Shown piece after piece: positions 47,746 to 51,206 of a DNA stretch of 51,206 nucleotides. The translations under genes and the position numbers were made by a program. The notes under the pieces are model-generated. The model worked only from the letters and a program-made list of their open reading frames with translations, had not been told where the DNA came from and made no database searches. The stretch's first letter is position 1. Each line of letters begins with the position of its first letter. This DNA comes from Gemmataceae bacterium (GTDB taxonomy: Bacteria; Planctomycetota; Planctomycetia; Gemmatales; Gemmataceae): positions 1-51,206 of the forward strand of contig JAIEQN010000060.1 in assembly GCA_019747685.1 (NCBI GenBank). Reading direction: 5' to 3'.

Positions 47746-48447
47746 TCACGAGTCGGCCCCGGCCGGCCCGTGGTGCAGTCGCTCCACCTCGGCCACCAGC
47801 GCCCAGGCGAGGTCGGGACGGGCGACCCGCCGATAGGAGTCGCCGGCCCCGACGAGCGCCCAGCCGTGCATCCCCTCCAGGGTGTTGGCGATCATCAGGT
47901 CGGCGGCCGACGCCGTCCGGGACCGCTCGGCGGTGGCGAGCAGCTCGGCGTCCGTCACCCCGACCTCCAGCTTGAACTTCACCAACACCCCCCGGAACCC
48001 CCACCCGGCCCGCACCTTGTCCACCAGCTTCGGGGCCGGGACGAGCCGCAGCCACAGCTCCGGGTGGTCCCCCTTGATTTTGCTGGCGGCCGCGTCCACC
48101 AGATCGCCGTCTCGCCGGGCGAGGACGCCGGCGACGTGGTAGTCGCTCACGGCCGCCGCGTGGACGACCGCGTCGTACCCGCCGGCCGAGACCGCGTCGG
48201 CCATCAACCGCTCTAGATCGTCGAACGTCTGGTACGAGCAGACCCGCCAGTCCGGACCGGTACGGGGCCGGACAGCGGGGACAGCGGCAAGCACGTCCGG
48301 GTGGGATGTCAACAGGGTGACGGTGTGCCCGCGGTCGAAGGCGGCTGCCGCCACCTGCGCCCCGGTCCGGCCGGAGAAGACGTTGGTGATGCACCGCACC
48401 CGGTCGATCGGGGTCTGGGTGTTCCCGGCGGTGACGAGGACGTTCAT
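47746..48447 (-). CDS. Stand-alone phosphopantothenate-cysteine ligase-like (CoaB/DFP domain) protein
   Basis: LVTAGNTQTPIDRVRCITNVFSGRTG, HAAAVSDY, LVPAPKL, LVKFKLE, MIAN. Confidence 0.85.
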   Translation of the reverse strand: MNVLVTAGNTQTPIDRVRCITNVFSGRTGAQVAAAAFDRGHTVTLLTSHPDVLAAVPAVRPRTGPDWRVCSYQTFDDLERLMADAVSAGGYDAVVHAAAVSDYHVAGVLARRDGDLVDAAASKIKGDHPELWLRLVPAPKLVDKVRAGWGFRGVLVKFKLEVGVTDAELLATAERSRTASAADLMIANTLEGMHGWALVGAGDSYRRVARPDLAWALVAEVERLHHGPAGADS

Positions 48448-48470
48448 CCGTACTCTCCGTGCGGCCCGCT

Positions 48471-50117
48471 TCAGTCCGAGAGGGCGGCCACCGTCCGCCC
48501 GCGGTAGTGGGCTCGGATCAGCCCCAGAAGCTCCCGGACCGTCACCGCGGGGTGGCCGCGGTCCCGGTTCGCGCGGCCGATCCGGAACAGGATGGCCCAC
48601 TGCCGGAACAGCGTCCGGTAGGCCCGCCAGAGCGGCCAGGACGGGTCGTACAGGTTGGTCGATTCGGACGTCGCCCCGTTCAGCTCGACCACCGCGAACC
48701 CGCGGCCGGCTCTGAACTCGGCCTCGTCCGCGTACCGCACGTCGAACCGGCCGAAGTGGAAGCCGTCGAACGTCCGGGCGATGGCGTCGATCCGGCGTTC
48801 GAGGGCCGGCGTGACGAGCCGCCCGCCGTCCCGGAACAGTGTCCCCTGGCAGTGGTTGCCGGCGAGTGCCAGCGGCCACCGCTCGCCGTCTGGCAACACG
48901 CGATCACGGTCGGCGGCGTGGCGGGCGAGGAACGTGCCGGCCTGCATGCGGTACCGCGGGTGCCGCCAGACCAACTCCTCCAGCGTGGACCGGCCGTCCC
49001 CGACCAGCACCGGGAACACCTTGTCGGTGACCGAAAAGATGTGCCCCTCCGGCTCTCCCGGGAGCCGGTAGTAGAACACGCCGGCCTCGAACGGCCCCGG
49101 GTGGTACGGCTGGGCGATCACCGGGTCGGGGTTGGCGGACAGGTACTTGTCCACGTCCGCCGCGTCCCGGCACAGCTTCACCCCGGCCCCCCGCTGGCCG
49201 GCGTCGGGCTTGAGCACCAGCGGGTACGCCCAGCCCCGCTCGCCGACGGTTGCCAAGGCGGTCTGTGCCCGCCGGCCGGCCTCACCACACGGCACTAGCA
49301 GCGTCGGGACGGTCCACTCGGCCGGCAGCCGGGCCAGGATGTCCGCCTTCGACTCGCCGACCACCCCGCCGGCCGGCAGACCGGGGTTGGCCGCCGTCCA
49401 GACGGTCAGCCCGCGGTGCCGCACGGCCAGCCAAGCGTACCACGGGCCGATCGGCAGGTAGAACACCCAGGCCGGCCAGAACTCCCACCGCCAGAGCCGT
49501 GCCAGCCGGGCCGACGTACCTGCCCGGCCCGCCGGGGTCGTCAGCTTCGGGGCGACCCGCAGCGCGAGGTAGAGTGACGTCGCGACGACCGGGAGGACCA
49601 TCCAGCCGGCATGTGAGACCTCCAGCAGCGGGCCGACCAGCACGTCGCCGAGCAGGGCGACGGCCAGCACCAGCGCCGGCGTCCAGACCGCGGCGGCGAC
49701 CACCGCCCAGCCGAGGAACCGCCACCAGCAGGTGCCGAGGACGCCGGCCGCCAGGAACAGCGGCACCCGGGTGCCGGGCAGGAACCGGGAGACGATCGCG
49801 GCCCGCCCGCCCTGTCGGCAGAGCAGGCCCGACAGCTCCGCCAGCCGCCGCTCCGGCAGCACCCGCCGGCCCCACCGCCAGCCGAGCACCCGCCGACCGG
49901 CCGCCCGGCCGAGCAGCCAGACGCCGAAGTCGCCGAGCACGATGCCGACGAAGCAGCCGGCCAGTCCGGTGAGGAGGTCCACCCGGCCGGCCGCCGCCAG
50001 CAGCCCGACGGACACGCACGTCAGGTCTTCGGACACGAAGGTGGCCAGCACGACGGCGAGAATTACCGCCACCGGACCGGCCATCATATCAGGGTCGAAC
50101 GGCAGGGGCGGGATCAT
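48471..50117 (-). CDS. DedA/VTT membrane domain fused to ATP-grasp (D-Ala-D-Ala ligase-like) domain
   Basis: ATFVSEDLT, SRFLPGTR (DedA); WEFWP, AANPG, GESK, LKPDAGQRGAGV, EAGVFY, GNHCQG, FGRFDVR, ELNGATSESTNLYDP. Confidence 0.9.
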   Translation of the reverse strand: MIPPLPFDPDMMAGPVAVILAVVLATFVSEDLTCVSVGLLAAAGRVDLLTGLAGCFVGIVLGDFGVWLLGRAAGRRVLGWRWGRRVLPERRLAELSGLLCRQGGRAAIVSRFLPGTRVPLFLAAGVLGTCWWRFLGWAVVAAAVWTPALVLAVALLGDVLVGPLLEVSHAGWMVLPVVATSLYLALRVAPKLTTPAGRAGTSARLARLWRWEFWPAWVFYLPIGPWYAWLAVRHRGLTVWTAANPGLPAGGVVGESKADILARLPAEWTVPTLLVPCGEAGRRAQTALATVGERGWAYPLVLKPDAGQRGAGVKLCRDAADVDKYLSANPDPVIAQPYHPGPFEAGVFYYRLPGEPEGHIFSVTDKVFPVLVGDGRSTLEELVWRHPRYRMQAGTFLARHAADRDRVLPDGERWPLALAGNHCQGTLFRDGGRLVTPALERRIDAIARTFDGFHFGRFDVRYADEAEFRAGRGFAVVELNGATSESTNLYDPSWPLWRAYRTLFRQWAILFRIGRANRDRGHPAVTVRELLGLIRAHYRGRTVAALSD

Positions 50118-50866
50118 CCGACACCCGCCGCGGTGAACGGCAGGGCGAGCGTGACCGGCTCGCCCGCACTCCCTGGCGCGTCGGCCCGGTAGGTGAACTC
50201 CGCCCCGTCCGGCCCGAGGACGACGGCCGCGTAACTAACGGTCCGCGCGTCCGCCCGAGCCATGTTCACCCCGAGGTGCTCGCGGCCCGGCAGGGGACAT
50301 CGGTGGTAGCGGTCCTGGGCTGCCGCCCAATCGTCCGCCGGCCCGGCGAAGGCGTCCTCGAACAGTTCCCGGCGGATGTCTTCGACCAAGTGGTCGCCGA
50401 GGCCGGACGAGGTGTACAGGAGCGGTCCACCCCCGACCAGCCGGGTCACCACCATCGTCCGGAGGCCGTCCCACCGCACGTCGGCGGCCACCCCGCTCCC
50501 GACCAGTACCAGCCGGAACGGGGCGAACTCCGCGTACTCGATCACCTCCTCCACCGTCCCCACGGCGGCCGCCGGGGAGTCACACCCGAGCAGGGCCGGA
50601 ATTACCTGCCCGCGGCTCCGCCCTGCCGCCCGCGGGCGGGTGGCGGGGTTGTGCGGGTTGACGTTCAACAGGGCAAGGAGCAGGCCGGCGTCGTTCACCG
50701 CCAGCCAGGTGCCGCCGGACTGGGGATCGACCGGGAAAACGGCCCGCCGGCCGCCCACCCGCCACCGCCGCGGCGGCCGGGCAGGCGGGCGGGACCGCTG
50801 CTCGTCCCGGTTGAACGCCACCCGCACCCGGCCGCCCGGGAGCGGGACCACGGTCATGGTGCACAC
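50114..50866 (-). CDS. NRDE family (TANGO2-like) protein
   Basis: GGAG RBS, then GTG start giving M-C-T-M-T...AFNRDE, DPQSGGTWL, LLN, RSRG, PFRL, TVS. Confidence 0.9.
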   Translation of the reverse strand: MCTMTVVPLPGGRVRVAFNRDEQRSRPPARPPRRWRVGGRRAVFPVDPQSGGTWLAVNDAGLLLALLNVNPHNPATRPRAAGRSRGQVIPALLGCDSPAAAVGTVEEVIEYAEFAPFRLVLVGSGVAADVRWDGLRTMVVTRLVGGGPLLYTSSGLGDHLVEDIRRELFEDAFAGPADDWAAAQDRYHRCPLPGREHLGVNMARADARTVSYAAVVLGPDGAEFTYRADAPGSAGEPVTLALPFTAAGVG

Positions 50867-51135
50867 GGCCGGCTCCGGAGGTGGGCGGTGGTGGACGGGG
50901 CGTACCCGAAGTCGGCCGGCGGGACGGCCCCGACGAGCCGAGCGATGACCGCGATCAGGGCGTTGTGGTGGACCATGTGGCTGAGCACGAACACCACCTC
51001 CCGCTCCGGGGTGGTCCGGACTTCCACCGCCGGCAGGTCGGGGGCGACCAGGGCCGCGAGCGGAAGTGTCGGCGGTGCCGCCGCCCAGGAGAAGGCGAGC
51101 AGGTCGGCTCGGAGACGATCGGCCGCCGCCGGTAG
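50854..51135 (-). pseudogene. DinB-family protein, C-terminal half only
   Basis: TTPEREVVFVLSHMVHHNALI..DFGYAPST..CAP* overlaps the NRDE start. Upstream sequence lacks the expected N-terminal His motif. Confidence 0.65.
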
Positions 51136-51206
51136 TGGCCCGTTGGTGGGGATGCCAGTAACCTGCTGACATGCAGGACGCATCTCACCCCCACTCCCCG
51201 ATCCCG

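Overview
GC-rich accessory region; the gene content (TIGR02999-type ECF sigma plus Ser/Thr kinase, Planctomycete-style integrase) suggests a Planctomycete such as a member of the Gemmataceae (inference). From left to right it contains: the tail of an IS5-family transposase; a leader and 4-repeat CRISPR array with no cas genes in the window; a decayed tyrosine integrase; a 4,758-bp ECF/kinase unit bounded by two copies of a structured att-like repeat fused to a headless HTH reading frame; a mosaic of IS701, kinase and VOC fragments; a large redox/detoxification region; a cobalamin riboswitch operon; and a YHS/hydrolase/CoaB-like/DedA-ATP-grasp/NRDE/DinB cluster. Signals hidden from the ORF track: (1) two divergent, exported thioredoxin-fold selenoprotein genes, each with an in-frame TGA in a UxxC motif and a GGUC-loop SECIS-like hairpin; one has a Trx-TPR-DsbD(N)-like architecture and an extra in-frame TAG; (2) a 98-bp MITE with a 10-bp target duplication inside the B12 riboswitch; (3) two paralogous sigma-54 activator/CMD modules whose triple palindromic enhancers share geometry but differ in sequence; (4) an NRDE/TANGO2 gene clustered with a stand-alone CoaB-like gene. 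About ten genes are disrupted or truncated. All family calls come from motif recognition by eye; no database searches were run.
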